A DNA stretch of 64,000 nucleotides from Candidatus Poseidoniales archaeon (GTDB lineage Archaea; Thermoplasmatota; Poseidoniia; Poseidoniales; Poseidoniaceae). The translations under genes were made by a program, and so were the position numbers. This document shows positions 1 through 10,206 of this stretch, piece after piece. Positions within the stretch are counted from its first letter, which is position 1, and each line of letters starts with the position of its first letter. Under the pieces are notes generated by a model. It had not been told where the DNA came from. It made no database searches and saw only the letters and a list, made by a program, of their open reading frames with translations. The stretch is from the NCBI GenBank assembly GCA_038106355.1, contig JAYODQ010000006.1, positions 6,628 through 70,627 on the forward strand, in the 5' to 3' direction.

Positions 1-1935
1 TGGTCAATGCGACAGCCTGTGATTCCTTGGTTGGATGAATATTCTAAGCAAGAATTAGGATTCTTTTCGAACGACCAACGAATAAGGCAAGGACGCCATC
101 AGTTACGTCATTTACTCAATTGTTCGCCCCAAATAGCCATTTTTGATTCAAGTTTAGAAGAAGGCGGTGAACCATCGGCACCTCTTTCTGAATGGTTGAC
201 CGAAATCGGAAACGACGGTTTGTCTGCAATCACAACTCCATTTGATTGGATGAATGTAGGTTCAGGGGGCAATTCATCATCGTACTGGGGGCACCACTAC
301 GATGAAAAAAATAAATTGACATGGATAACGCCTCACCCGCTTCTCATTCGTCAAGAACAGGGGCGATACATCATTGAAAAGAATGGGACACGGCAACGTA
401 ACATTCGACAAAATCTTGGTCTTGAGTTGAAATACGGACTTCAACCGTCTCAATCGCTCACCAGCATTGACTCTTTTTTGCCCTCCATGGAACGACAACT
501 GCATCAAGATAGGATATTACGGCAGCCATCGAAAAACGATGTAGTGAAAGGTGGAGTATTGGCATGGGATTCTCGAGGTTTACGTTCGTCAATATCAGAC
601 CTCAAATTCAGCATGAATCTAAAACAAGCTGAGAAAGAAGACACGGCAATCGTCGCCTTCCCCCATCTTGGGATTCGGGGCAGTCGAAGTTTAACGCCTT
701 ACATCGACCCAAATCCCTTGCCTCCAGCCCTTCTTCATCAGCCTGAGATGACACCTTTTAGCGGAGTGGTTTCAAGTGCACTTGAACGCAATCGATGGTC
801 TCCATCTCGTCTTCAAGCATGGTTAGAGTGTCCACGAAAGGGGTGGGCAAAGCAATTTCTTAATCTTGAAGATGCGCCAACAGATTTGGAGGAAGATATC
901 GACGCTATGAAACGAGGAGATATGGTGCATGAAATTTTGGCCCACATTCTTGCAAGTCATGGAGTTGAAGCATACGGCGATGAACACTCCTCCCCACTTC
1001 CACTTCATTGTGGGCCGATTCCTTCAGTTGAACAGGGGTGGGAACTCGCATTATCTTATCTTGCAGAACATGTCACTTGGCTGGAACAAGATTATGCCAT
1101 TTCAGTCCATCGTTGTCGAGGACTTATTGGCTCATCCCCCCAAGCATGGCGAGAGCATTTGGAAGGCACTCGTTTGTTGCCTCTTGGCGGTAGCATAGGT
1201 CACCTCATCAACCAAACATATTCGCTCATCTCTTCCGCTCCAGTTGCTGTCGAATGGCCTGTTTCGCAAAATGACCTTGGATTTGTGAATCTTGGAGGTG
1301 ATGATGATTTCACGTTGTGCGTCAATGGTTTTGCAGATAGGGTTGATGTCATTGTTTTCGATGAAGCATTAGAAGACGCCTTAGTCGATATGGGTTTACT
1401 CAATGAAACAGAATTTACTGACCCATTTCCAATGGATTTTGAAGATGAGATTCGTTCTGCCCAACGGTATGTGATCATCCGAGACATCAAGACCGTCCAT
1501 GGTCCGAAATCAGACAATATAGGTGCTCGACACTTCAAAGGTCTTTTGCGTGAATTGCAACTTGCACTGTATGCTCGTGCTTGGGAAATCACCCACCCCA
1601 ACGACCGAGTTGTGGGCATTGGAATTAGTGAAGTTGGCGAATGGTCAGAACATTATGTTGAACTTGATGGTTCGGCCTTTCCCCCCAATGTTTCGATCAG
1701 TGGTATCGGGAGACAAACTCAGATACTGAGCAAATTCTACCCAACCACAACAGATGAGAAACGGACCATGACCCCATTTCGAGTATGGATGAACGAGAGA
1801 ATTCAAACGGCATTGAGGGTGCTACAAACCGCAGCTCAAGGGCATGTTAATCCAACGCCAGGCTCGTATTGTTCGTATTGTCCAATCAACAATGTTTGTA
1901 CACTCTTTGACCTCGCTGGAGGTGAAATGGATTGA
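1..1935 (+). CDS. AddB/RexB-like PD-(D/E)XK nuclease subunit (5'-truncated at the window edge)
   Basis: Frame open from base 1. WSPSRLQAWLECPRK, RGDMVHEIL, GFADRVD...IRDIKT, LQLALYA and C-terminal CSYCPINNVC match a RecB-family nuclease with a four-Cys Fe-S staple. Overlaps the downstream helicase by 4 bp. Confidence 0.85.
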   Translation, partial: WSMRQPVIPWLDEYSKQELGFFSNDQRIRQGRHQLRHLLNCSPQIAIFDSSLEEGGEPSAPLSEWLTEIGNDGLSAITTPFDWMNVGSGGNSSSYWGHHYDEKNKLTWITPHPLLIRQEQGRYIIEKNGTRQRNIRQNLGLELKYGLQPSQSLTSIDSFLPSMERQLHQDRILRQPSKNDVVKGGVLAWDSRGLRSSISDLKFSMNLKQAEKEDTAIVAFPHLGIRGSRSLTPYIDPNPLPPALLHQPEMTPFSGVVSSALERNRWSPSRLQAWLECPRKGWAKQFLNLEDAPTDLEEDIDAMKRGDMVHEILAHILASHGVEAYGDEHSSPLPLHCGPIPSVEQGWELALSYLAEHVTWLEQDYAISVHRCRGLIGSSPQAWREHLEGTRLLPLGGSIGHLINQTYSLISSAPVAVEWPVSQNDLGFVNLGGDDDFTLCVNGFADRVDVIVFDEALEDALVDMGLLNETEFTDPFPMDFEDEIRSAQRYVIIRDIKTVHGPKSDNIGARHFKGLLRELQLALYARAWEITHPNDRVVGIGISEVGEWSEHYVELDGSAFPPNVSISGIGRQTQILSKFYPTTTDEKRTMTPFRVWMNERIQTALRVLQTAAQGHVNPTPGSYCSYCPINNVCTLFDLAGGEMD

Positions 1936-4900
1936 CCAATTTCAATAACAGCCAACGACTTGGTCTCGATGTTGATAAGCACATTGCCCTTGATGCTGGA
2001 GCAGGTACAGGTAAAACCACTGTGATGGCCCAACGCTATATTCAACACCTTTTATCCACCCTTCAACGCTCTACACTCGTGACGCCTCATGGTCCTCGAG
2101 ATATCCGAATTGCACCGAGCTCATTAATGTCCATGCCAAAGTCACGAACTTCAGTTGAAGAATGGCCGGGTTTACTTCCGTCTGAAACAGTAGCCATCAC
2201 ATTCACAAGAAAAGCAGCATCAGAACTCAAAGCCCGCATTCGTGATGCTTTGTCTCGATTACGAGATACATCAACTTCAACCGACAAAGAAGGAATATTC
2301 GACCCAAGAATTCAACAAAGTGGAGATGTTGAAATGTTGCTCTCTCAACTTGACAATGCACCAATTTCAACCATCGATAGTTTCCTCAATCAACTCATTC
2401 AACCATACCTCGATATCGTTGTCGTCACGCCTCCAACTGAACAAATTTCAGAAGAAATGTCAAGAATTCTCATACAAGATACACTGAGCAGTGTTTGGAG
2501 ATTACGACATGTCGAGGATGCATTAAATGCTGGCTTGCTTGAAAATCCAGAAGAATTCCTCGGAGCAAGAGATAGACTTGCTGTTCGTCTTGGTGGGCAA
2601 TCCAATGCAGAAGTCGTCATCAAAGGTTTGATGGCAAAATCGATGTTCGTTGATGAAGCTCATCGAAATTTACTGAGGCGAGCCCAAGACCAAAACATCG
2701 AATGGAATGGACATGATGTTGGGCCTATTGAACTGCTCTACGACATTATGTTTGATACAATGGACCAAGAACATCTTGAAACATTTTTTGCAACATTGTT
2801 TGTTCGTTTAACGAATTGGGTTGAACACTTCAGAGCATATGCTTCCCAATGCATCCCTGCTGGTCCGGCATATACACAAAGTCGAATGCATCATCTTATC
2901 CATTTGATTGAACATCCACCTGGGCAAGAACCGCTCGGTCAACTTCGATGGATTTGGCGAGTGTGCTTATCCATATCAAGTATGTCAAGTCTGAATGGAA
3001 GTGGCACGCCATCATACTTTCCACGTGGTACTCTTCCAAGTGATGATTGGCCAGCAGGTCTCTTCAAAAAAGGTGAATCAAATTTTAGTGACAAAGACCT
3101 AAAGAAACAAGTTTTTGATGTTGGATTGGAGTTATCTGACCTGATAAAGGAACACTTGCTCAGCCAAGAATCGTCAATTTTCTTACTGCTCGCACGAAGT
3201 ATTTTCACGCTTCAACCTGAAGATGGATATGCGTTCATGCCCCCTGGTGTCTCTTCGTATCTGTATGGATTGAATACAGAGATACCACACCAACATGAAG
3301 GCTTCGGCCACTATGTAGGCGAAGAACTTCAGATGGATGTACTACGAGATTTGTTCTTCGTTCACAAAGGAACTCAACAAATTCATTCCCACAGAAAAGC
3401 GATGGATGGATTCAGTGATTTTGATGATGTGCTTCGATATTCTGCAGACATATTGCTTTCACGTTGCCCAGATATGTGTCGACACATGTACCCTCGAGAG
3501 GCCGTTGATGCCCTCGATTCAATGACTTCAGAACCATGGACAGATGTGCACATCGCAAGGGCCATGACCATCTTGCATGATAACGAAGAATGCAGAAAAG
3601 ATTTACAATATCGATATCGAATTCTCCAAACTCTTCGAAGGCAATTCAGGGCATTCATCATCGATGAGTATCAGGATACAAATCCGAGTCATGCGAGGCT
3701 GTTAGCTCGATTGTGGGGTCGACGTGTTCGATCCTCGGAGGAGGTCAAAGAACCGATTGGATACTGGGAACCAACAATTTGTATTGTGGGGGATATGAAA
3801 CAAAGTATCTACCGATTTCGTCAAGCGGAAGTTTCTGTGATGCGAAATATGGTTGAACAGATACGACAAGCCAACCGAATGGAAGAAGATGATGAGCGAT
3901 TTTCAGAACTGCGAAGGCAAGACCATGGAAGAGACCCAAGGCCTGTTGGCGATGGGGCTTCTGGAAATGCATTTACGAACAAACACTCCGATGGCAAGAA
4001 AAGTGCACCATTTTCTTATGTTCATGTAGCTGAAAGGGATGACGATGAAAGCAGTTTCATGACCGATTTAGAGTGGGTTCAACGTCGAAGAGAAGGGCAT
4101 ATTGATTTGACAACGAATTATCGAACTCGATCCCATTTGCTTGAATTTATGAATGATGTGTTTGATGATGTGTTTTCGCCAAGACATGAGACTATCGTCG
4201 GAAACTGGTACGCTGATGCACAGCGGTTGCGCCCAGGACGAACAGATGGAGGAGGATACCTTGAATGGCTTCTTCCAATTCAAACCCAAACCGAACAAGC
4301 AAGCACTGACATGAATGATAGCTTTGACCCATTCCTCGATTCACGTTCATCGGTTAAACAACTTGAAAACGAACTTATCGCCGAAAGGGTTGCATCACTC
4401 CTTTCAGGGCAAAGCACGAGAATATGGGATACTGAGAACAACCTTTGGATAGAAGTTGGAGACCAATGCGAATATCAACCTCGCGATATTATGATCCTCT
4501 TTCATGCAAGAACCCACGTTCCTGATTTAATTCAACGGCTCTCCATTCGCGGAATTCCAGCGGTATCGGATAAACAGGGTGCATTGCTTCACCAACCAGT
4601 CATTCAACCTTTGATGTCGATGCTTGAATTCATTGCGTATCCAGATTCACGAAGGGCCTTGTTCGGTGTATTGCGTTCACCACTGGTAGGACTCAACGAC
4701 GACGAAATCAATACGCTCTATACAACAGAATTGAAGAACGATTTGTTCTCATGCTTTGATTCTCCTTTGTTCCCTCAATCAATTCAAAAAATGTTTTACG
4801 ATGTAAATTCTTATCGTCGACAAGGTCGTTTTTCTGATATATTCGATTATCTTCTCGATTATTCGGACCTCCTCGCAGTCCATTCCACCGAATCTGAGCG

Positions 4901-6839
4901 AAATCATGTTGAAGCTTGGTGTGCATTGCTGAATGATGCATTAGCAAATTTTGGATACAATATCCTTGCCACTCAACGTCATCTTCAATCATTGAAAGCA
5001 TTAGGAAATGACGGTCCTCCAGCAGAATCAACATCGTCTGCAAACGCGGTTCAAATTATGACGCTTCACAAGGCAAAAGGATTGCAGGCCAAAGTGGTCA
5101 TTGTTGCTGGTATGTTTGGCGCAGGTCAACAAGATGCATCCCAATCTGTGCGAGATAATGTCCTTGTTACCCCTCAAATTGTCGCAGGACGAATTCAACC
5201 ATGGACTGACCACGATCGCCCTCACGATGGTCTGTGGGAGTTCACCAAAGCCATTGAAGATGCACAAGGGCGTGCGGAAAGGCGAAGGCAACTCTATGTC
5301 GCCCTCACTCGAGCCGAAGAGCGATTGATTCTTGTTGGGTCACCTTCGTCTAGTACATTCGATGATGAATCTCAATGCTTCAAAATAAAACGAAGCACAA
5401 GTGTTCGTTCATTTGGAAATATGCTGATTGATGCCATGCGACATGTCGCAAAATGCGGGGGAAGCGAGCACTCTCCTTGGCTTCTTGAAGGAGATTTTGA
5501 AGCAGAACAATTACCCCCTGTGACTGAATCGCCCCTCTTCATCAATCCTGCACACTTGTTCATTGATTCGACATTTAATGAATCAGCTGTAGGTTCGTTA
5601 CGTATCTATCATCATCCTGACTGTTTTACAAGTTCACAGCCAGTTTCGGTGTTACAACAGACGTTGAATCTTTATTCAAGATTAGGGCAAGATGTTCATC
5701 TTCAGGCACGCTCAAGAAATATTCCACACTTGAATCTTGAAACAAAAGGCACGGTGTTTGACCTTGATACTTCATTTCGATGTCGAAGAAGACATTGGCT
5801 TGGTCATGTATTAGGTTGGCAAACAGAACCACTGTATATTCAATCTCGCCAAAAAGAATATGCCCAATCCAAGTTCCCTCGTCCCACCGAATTTGGTCTG
5901 ATTATGCATCGTCTCCTTGAGGTAGGTTTACCAAACCCTTGCAGCCATAACGGTAGGACGCCGCTTTTACCTAAGGAATGGTTCATAGAAAATGAAAGCA
6001 AATTGCTTGATGATTCAACCATCGAGAATGTGATCACAGAGTTTGGAGTTTCATCATCTGATGCTAAATTTTCATCGACAAAACAACGAGTGAAAGAAAT
6101 TTCTACCTTGATTGTGGGACAAAGGTTGGGTCTGCTCCTGAGCGGGGTTGAATGTGAAGGATTCCATATCGAAGCCGTTCGCACAGAATTGCCATTCCGC
6201 CACACACACAACATCTCACAACTATGTATTGAACGCACAAAAGAGACGCCATATGGGTCAGAAATCATGTCCATCATTGATGATATATCGATGATTTTTG
6301 AAGGGCGAATTGACTTAGCAATCGCACTACGTGATGAGCAAAACAAAGGGTATCTACAGGTGGTCGATTTGAAAACAAAAGGTTGTCTTGATGAATTTTC
6401 AAGTGATAGCAAACAGGGTCATCCGTTACAAGAAAACCATCAGAACGTAGAAGATTCTGAACCGAGAACTCATGATGAATTTGAACTGCTTAACGAACAC
6501 AGATTGCAATTAACCATGTATTCAATGGTGCTTGAATCCATCGAGGAACGAAAAGAACCAAATGAACGTCGAACAATACTTCCACCATCCATATTGGTTG
6601 GTGCATCAGGGCGGATGATACAACTCTCACAAGAGCAATTCAACCAAAGCAAATCAGATATTCTTGAGCATCTCAAATGGCGAGCTTTCGTGCATTCGAC
6701 TCCACAATCACTTGAGGCTCCACCCCGACTTGAAACAGATAAGGAATGTCGCTCTTGTCCATTTTTCATTGGCGATGTTCGTCGGTGCGGACCCGAATCT
6801 GAGGCATTAGGACTCAAGGTTTTTGACCCATCAAAATGA
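1932..6839 (+). CDS. AddA-like UvrD/Rep SF1A helicase with C-terminal PD-(D/E)XK nuclease
   Basis: AGAGTGKT (Walker A), AITFTRKAASEL, STIDSF, IIDEYQDTN, VGDMKQSIYRFRQA, TTNYRT, MTLHKAKGLQ, LYVALTRA; nuclease EGRIDL...VVDLKT...QLTMY; Cys motifs FRCRRR and CRSCPFFIGDVRRC. TTG start preceded by GGAGGTGA. Confidence 0.92.
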   Translation: MTNFNNSQRLGLDVDKHIALDAGAGTGKTTVMAQRYIQHLLSTLQRSTLVTPHGPRDIRIAPSSLMSMPKSRTSVEEWPGLLPSETVAITFTRKAASELKARIRDALSRLRDTSTSTDKEGIFDPRIQQSGDVEMLLSQLDNAPISTIDSFLNQLIQPYLDIVVVTPPTEQISEEMSRILIQDTLSSVWRLRHVEDALNAGLLENPEEFLGARDRLAVRLGGQSNAEVVIKGLMAKSMFVDEAHRNLLRRAQDQNIEWNGHDVGPIELLYDIMFDTMDQEHLETFFATLFVRLTNWVEHFRAYASQCIPAGPAYTQSRMHHLIHLIEHPPGQEPLGQLRWIWRVCLSISSMSSLNGSGTPSYFPRGTLPSDDWPAGLFKKGESNFSDKDLKKQVFDVGLELSDLIKEHLLSQESSIFLLLARSIFTLQPEDGYAFMPPGVSSYLYGLNTEIPHQHEGFGHYVGEELQMDVLRDLFFVHKGTQQIHSHRKAMDGFSDFDDVLRYSADILLSRCPDMCRHMYPREAVDALDSMTSEPWTDVHIARAMTILHDNEECRKDLQYRYRILQTLRRQFRAFIIDEYQDTNPSHARLLARLWGRRVRSSEEVKEPIGYWEPTICIVGDMKQSIYRFRQAEVSVMRNMVEQIRQANRMEEDDERFSELRRQDHGRDPRPVGDGASGNAFTNKHSDGKKSAPFSYVHVAERDDDESSFMTDLEWVQRRREGHIDLTTNYRTRSHLLEFMNDVFDDVFSPRHETIVGNWYADAQRLRPGRTDGGGYLEWLLPIQTQTEQASTDMNDSFDPFLDSRSSVKQLENELIAERVASLLSGQSTRIWDTENNLWIEVGDQCEYQPRDIMILFHARTHVPDLIQRLSIRGIPAVSDKQGALLHQPVIQPLMSMLEFIAYPDSRRALFGVLRSPLVGLNDDEINTLYTTELKNDLFSCFDSPLFPQSIQKMFYDVNSYRRQGRFSDIFDYLLDYSDLLAVHSTESERNHVEAWCALLNDALANFGYNILATQRHLQSLKALGNDGPPAESTSSANAVQIMTLHKAKGLQAKVVIVAGMFGAGQQDASQSVRDNVLVTPQIVAGRIQPWTDHDRPHDGLWEFTKAIEDAQGRAERRRQLYVALTRAEERLILVGSPSSSTFDDESQCFKIKRSTSVRSFGNMLIDAMRHVAKCGGSEHSPWLLEGDFEAEQLPPVTESPLFINPAHLFIDSTFNESAVGSLRIYHHPDCFTSSQPVSVLQQTLNLYSRLGQDVHLQARSRNIPHLNLETKGTVFDLDTSFRCRRRHWLGHVLGWQTEPLYIQSRQKEYAQSKFPRPTEFGLIMHRLLEVGLPNPCSHNGRTPLLPKEWFIENESKLLDDSTIENVITEFGVSSSDAKFSSTKQRVKEISTLIVGQRLGLLLSGVECEGFHIEAVRTELPFRHTHNISQLCIERTKETPYGSEIMSIIDDISMIFEGRIDLAIALRDEQNKGYLQVVDLKTKGCLDEFSSDSKQGHPLQENHQNVEDSEPRTHDEFELLNEHRLQLTMYSMVLESIEERKEPNERRTILPPSILVGASGRMIQLSQEQFNQSKSDILEHLKWRAFVHSTPQSLEAPPRLETDKECRSCPFFIGDVRRCGPESEALGLKVFDPSK

Positions 6840-7443
6840 GCGTGCCTGCCCAATCATCTGATGCACCAGTTCGCCTTGATGTCACGTGTTGAAAACCAAT
6901 GGACTCTAAGCAATCTCTCCATCCCTGTTCACTTAAAGTTGTCATGTGTACGCCTAATTTTTCTGGCCAAGTGTGGCTTGATTCATTTTCGAGATAATGA
7001 TCAATTCCAAAGACGAGCCAGCCATCTGAATTGAGCCAATGTTCGTACACTGAGGCAAGAAATTCCTGTGGTTGATGCAGATAATACATGAATTCCATGC
7101 TCATCGCTAAGTCAAATTTCTCTCGTGGGGCCCATTGAGGCAACGTTGCGAGGATGTAGTCACCATGTGGGTCAATCTGCTTTGCTTTTTGAATCATATT
7201 TTCTGCACCGTCGATGCCGATGGCCTTCGTACACTGGAGGTTGGATTGAAACTTTCGAACGACCCAACCATTTCCGCATCCGATATCGATGAATGTAAAA
7301 TTTGATTTCATGAAAGGAAGAATCAATTCAATCATTGCATTTACCGAAGGTCCATGACCTTGTTCCATTCCTTCATCTTTGCCGATTTCAGCCCAATCCG
7401 AAAAAACATCGGTAGCCGTCTTTGTGTTCATGTTCATTTCCAC
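6814..7443 (-). CDS. Class I SAM-dependent methyltransferase
   Basis: FIDIGCGNG motif I, GIDGAENMI, FDLAMSMEFMYY. Confidence 0.85.
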   Translation of the reverse strand: MEMNMNTKTATDVFSDWAEIGKDEGMEQGHGPSVNAMIELILPFMKSNFTFIDIGCGNGWVVRKFQSNLQCTKAIGIDGAENMIQKAKQIDPHGDYILATLPQWAPREKFDLAMSMEFMYYLHQPQEFLASVYEHWLNSDGWLVFGIDHYLENESSHTWPEKLGVHMTTLSEQGWRDCLESIGFQHVTSRRTGASDDWAGTLILMGQKP

Positions 7444-7503
7444 AAATCACTATTCGATAAATATCTCCACGATAGAAAAAAACATGTCCTCAACACACTT
7501 GCA

Positions 7504-8469
7504 ATGGATATGCAAATCTCATCACAGCCAATCGAGGAAGTTCTTTATCCTCCAATTGAACCACATACGACCGGTTTTTTGGAGGTCACATCACTTCATA
7601 CCATTTTTTATGAGAGGTCTGGAAATCCCGATGGCCTTCCCATTATCGTCATTCATGGTGGACCAGGTGGTGGCAGTCACCCTTCGTATAGGCAATATTT
7701 TGACCCAGAAAAATTTGACATTATCCAATTTGACCAGAGGGGTTGCGGCAAATCAACACCGCATGCTGAATTGGAAGAGAACCATACACACGCCTCAGTT
7801 GAAGATATTGAATCATTGAGGAAATTGTTCGGCTTTGAAAAATGGCATGTCTTTGGAGGTTCTTGGGGTTCAACTCTCTCACTCATCTATGCTCTCCATC
7901 ACCCAGATCGAGTGCTTAGTTTAGTGCTAAGGGGCATTTTTATGTGTCGAAAAAGCGAGTTGCAATGGTTTTACCAAGATGGTGCCAGCCATATCTTTCC
8001 TGATGCTTTTGAACCCTACCGAGACCACATCCCTCTCCAAGAGCGAGATAACCTCATCGAAGCCTATTATTCTCGTCTGACCGATGCCGATGTTGATGTT
8101 CGAAGGGCTGCAGCACGCGAATGGACTCGATGGGAAATGGCGACCAGTCGTTTGTTTCCCGACCCCAAATACGTAGAAAAAGCGGAAGATTTGGATTTTG
8201 CAGTTGCATTCGCTCGAATCGAATGCCATTACTTCATCAATGCAATATTTGTTGAAGAATCTTACATCTTAAACAACATCGAAAAAATCAATCACATTCC
8301 AACCATCATCGTTCAAGGGCGGTACGATGTGGTTTGCCCAGCACGAAGTGCATGGGAGTTGCACAAAGCAATGAAGCACAGTCAACTCATCATCGTGCCA
8401 GATGCAGGTCATTCGATGGGTGAGGTCAGTATTGCTCGAGAATTGGTGTCTGCTACTGACAAAATTTGA
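7504..8469 (+). CDS. pip: Proline iminopeptidase (peptidase S33)
   Basis: HGGPGGG, FDQRGCGKSTP, GGSWGS nucleophile elbow, VQGRYD, DAGHS. Start moved to ATG 7504 because the longer ORF overlaps the divergent methyltransferase. Confidence 0.93.
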   Translation: MDMQISSQPIEEVLYPPIEPHTTGFLEVTSLHTIFYERSGNPDGLPIIVIHGGPGGGSHPSYRQYFDPEKFDIIQFDQRGCGKSTPHAELEENHTHASVEDIESLRKLFGFEKWHVFGGSWGSTLSLIYALHHPDRVLSLVLRGIFMCRKSELQWFYQDGASHIFPDAFEPYRDHIPLQERDNLIEAYYSRLTDADVDVRRAAAREWTRWEMATSRLFPDPKYVEKAEDLDFAVAFARIECHYFINAIFVEESYILNNIEKINHIPTIIVQGRYDVVCPARSAWELHKAMKHSQLIIVPDAGHSMGEVSIARELVSATDKI

Positions 8470-8557
8470 ACATTGGAAATACGAGACCAATATGGCATGT
8501 TCAAGCGTCGGCTTGATATGTAAGGCCAATGTGGATTAGAAGCAGGCGTAGGCCGAG

Positions 8558-9331
8558 GTGAGCAAATTGACAGACGGTACAATAACCGATGAGGTTCGAA
8601 TAAAGGAGTTACAAGACGCCCTTAGAACAGAAACCGACCGACTTCAGAAATTGTTTGCAGCCTATGAAACACAAGAAAAAGAACTTGTTGATGCAAGAGC
8701 TGAAATCGAAGTTCTCGAAAAAGAAATTATTGACAGAGAAATCGAAAAGGAATCCCTTGAATCCATTATCGCTGAAAAGGATGTCAGACTCCGAGAATTG
8801 GAGCGAAAAGCAACAACATCGATGAAAAGAGTCGAACACCTTGAACCAGAACTTGAGAAAATGGAAGAAAAGTACACTCGAGAAAAAGACCGACTCGGCA
8901 AGGTGTTTTCTATCGCAGAGGAGTTGGACAACGATCTTCGTCTTGCGGTTGCTGAAATGTCAGCAAGAGATACTTGGTACATGGACCACATGGCTTTGTT
9001 TGAAGAACTGAACAAGGCCATTAAAGTGCGTTACGATATGATTGAACGGGCCGTTGAAGCAGAACGAAAATCTCAGCATCTGCGACGTGCGTTTACCGAA
9101 CGCGTTGACGAACTTGTCGAGGCACGTGCGAGCGAACTGTCAGTCGAGGATGAACAGTCTGAAGACGTCGAAGAGGAAGCACCACCCATAGAAGAAAGTT
9201 CATCACCAGAAGCCACAATCGAAGATGCAGGAGATGATGATGCATCGGTCGATGAAGAACCTGACAGCACACCGTCTGACAAAGAAGAAACTACTTGGTC
9301 AGATGCAGCAGACCCCTGGTCGTCATCATAA
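8558..9331 (+). CDS. Long coiled-coil protein with acidic disordered C-terminus
   Basis: E/K/R/L-rich heptad-like sequence over ~190 aa followed by an E/D/S/P-rich tail; GTG start. Confidence 0.75.
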   Translation: MSKLTDGTITDEVRIKELQDALRTETDRLQKLFAAYETQEKELVDARAEIEVLEKEIIDREIEKESLESIIAEKDVRLRELERKATTSMKRVEHLEPELEKMEEKYTREKDRLGKVFSIAEELDNDLRLAVAEMSARDTWYMDHMALFEELNKAIKVRYDMIERAVEAERKSQHLRRAFTERVDELVEARASELSVEDEQSEDVEEEAPPIEESSSPEATIEDAGDDDASVDEEPDSTPSDKEETTWSDAADPWSSS

Positions 9332-9342
9332 TCGGTGAGACA

Positions 9343-10206
9343 ATGGGCGGATTAGCCCCCGGAGGTTTAGCGCCAGTTTTGACGACTGGAACTATGGGCA
9401 TAAGTGCTCTCATTGTTGGTACAATCGTTGATCCAGTTGCAGGATTCATTCCTTTATTTGGCGTGCTTTGTATCATGATATCGTTGTTTTTTGCAAATTT
9501 TTGGAGAGATCCTGATCGACCAATTCCAAAGGATGAAGGCGTTGTGCTTTCTCCTGCAGATGGTCATGTGATGTTTATCAAACGAGAACGGGCAGTGGGG
9601 CGGCGACCATCTTCATCGGAACTCGATTCAAACGAAATTATTCGTGACGCATTGACAGGCGATTGGTTTGCAAAACCATTGGATAGCCCGCTTCGTTTTG
9701 AAACTGAACAACGATTTGAAGAAGTTCCTCAAGGTGAAGAATCGGACATTGATGTTTGGCGTATTGCTGTTTTTATGTCTCCACTCGATGTCCATGTGAA
9801 CCGAAGTCCAATTGAAGGCGAACTTATCATCACTGAACATCGAAAGGGAAAGGGTCTCAAAAGAGGTCCATTTTTACCCGCGTTCAAGAAAGAAAGTGAA
9901 TTCAATGAACGAGTTCGAAATGTGTTTGAAAATAGTCAAGGAGAACGCATCGAAGTCACTCAAATCTCTGGAGCCCTTGCCCGCACAATAGTTCCTTGGG
10001 TCATAGCTCCCTTTTCCCTTCGACGTGGCCAAAGAATCGGGATGATTCGATTAGGTTCAAGAGTCGATATTCGAGTCAAGGCAGATGCTTATCTTCCCAA
10101 CGTTGTTTCGGCAGAGGAAAAAAATGCTCAGCACCCCAAGGGGGAATTTGTTCAAGCTGGGTCAAGCATTCTTTTTGTACCAAATCTTGTGGAGGAGGCT
10201 GAATGA
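9343..10206 (+). CDS. psd: Phosphatidylserine/archaetidylserine decarboxylase proenzyme
   Basis: FWRDPDRPIP, LSPADG, VFMSPLDVHVNRSP, NER, IGMIRLGSRVD (GS autocleavage site giving the pyruvoyl group); N-terminal TM; GGTGA upstream of ATG 9343. Confidence 0.9.
   Translation: MGGLAPGGLAPVLTTGTMGISALIVGTIVDPVAGFIPLFGVLCIMISLFFANFWRDPDRPIPKDEGVVLSPADGHVMFIKRERAVGRRPSSSELDSNEIIRDALTGDWFAKPLDSPLRFETEQRFEEVPQGEESDIDVWRIAVFMSPLDVHVNRSPIEGELIITEHRKGKGLKRGPFLPAFKKESEFNERVRNVFENSQGERIEVTQISGALARTIVPWVIAPFSLRRGQRIGMIRLGSRVDIRVKADAYLPNVVSAEEKNAQHPKGEFVQAGSSILFVPNLVEEAE

Noticed and set aside
780-1935. Cas4-like appearance of the four-Cys PD-(D/E)XK domain
   Set aside because: It is the C-terminus of a long protein coupled to a UvrD helicase-nuclease; no cas genes or repeat-spacer array seen, so AddB-like is the better call.
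7354-7503. N-terminal extensions given by the ORF track (also for psd, maeB, rlmH, ftsZ, radA, pgk, and the ORFs at 49890 and 50677)
   Set aside because: They overlap neighbouring genes or promoter regions and precede the family-typical starts; downstream ATGs were used.
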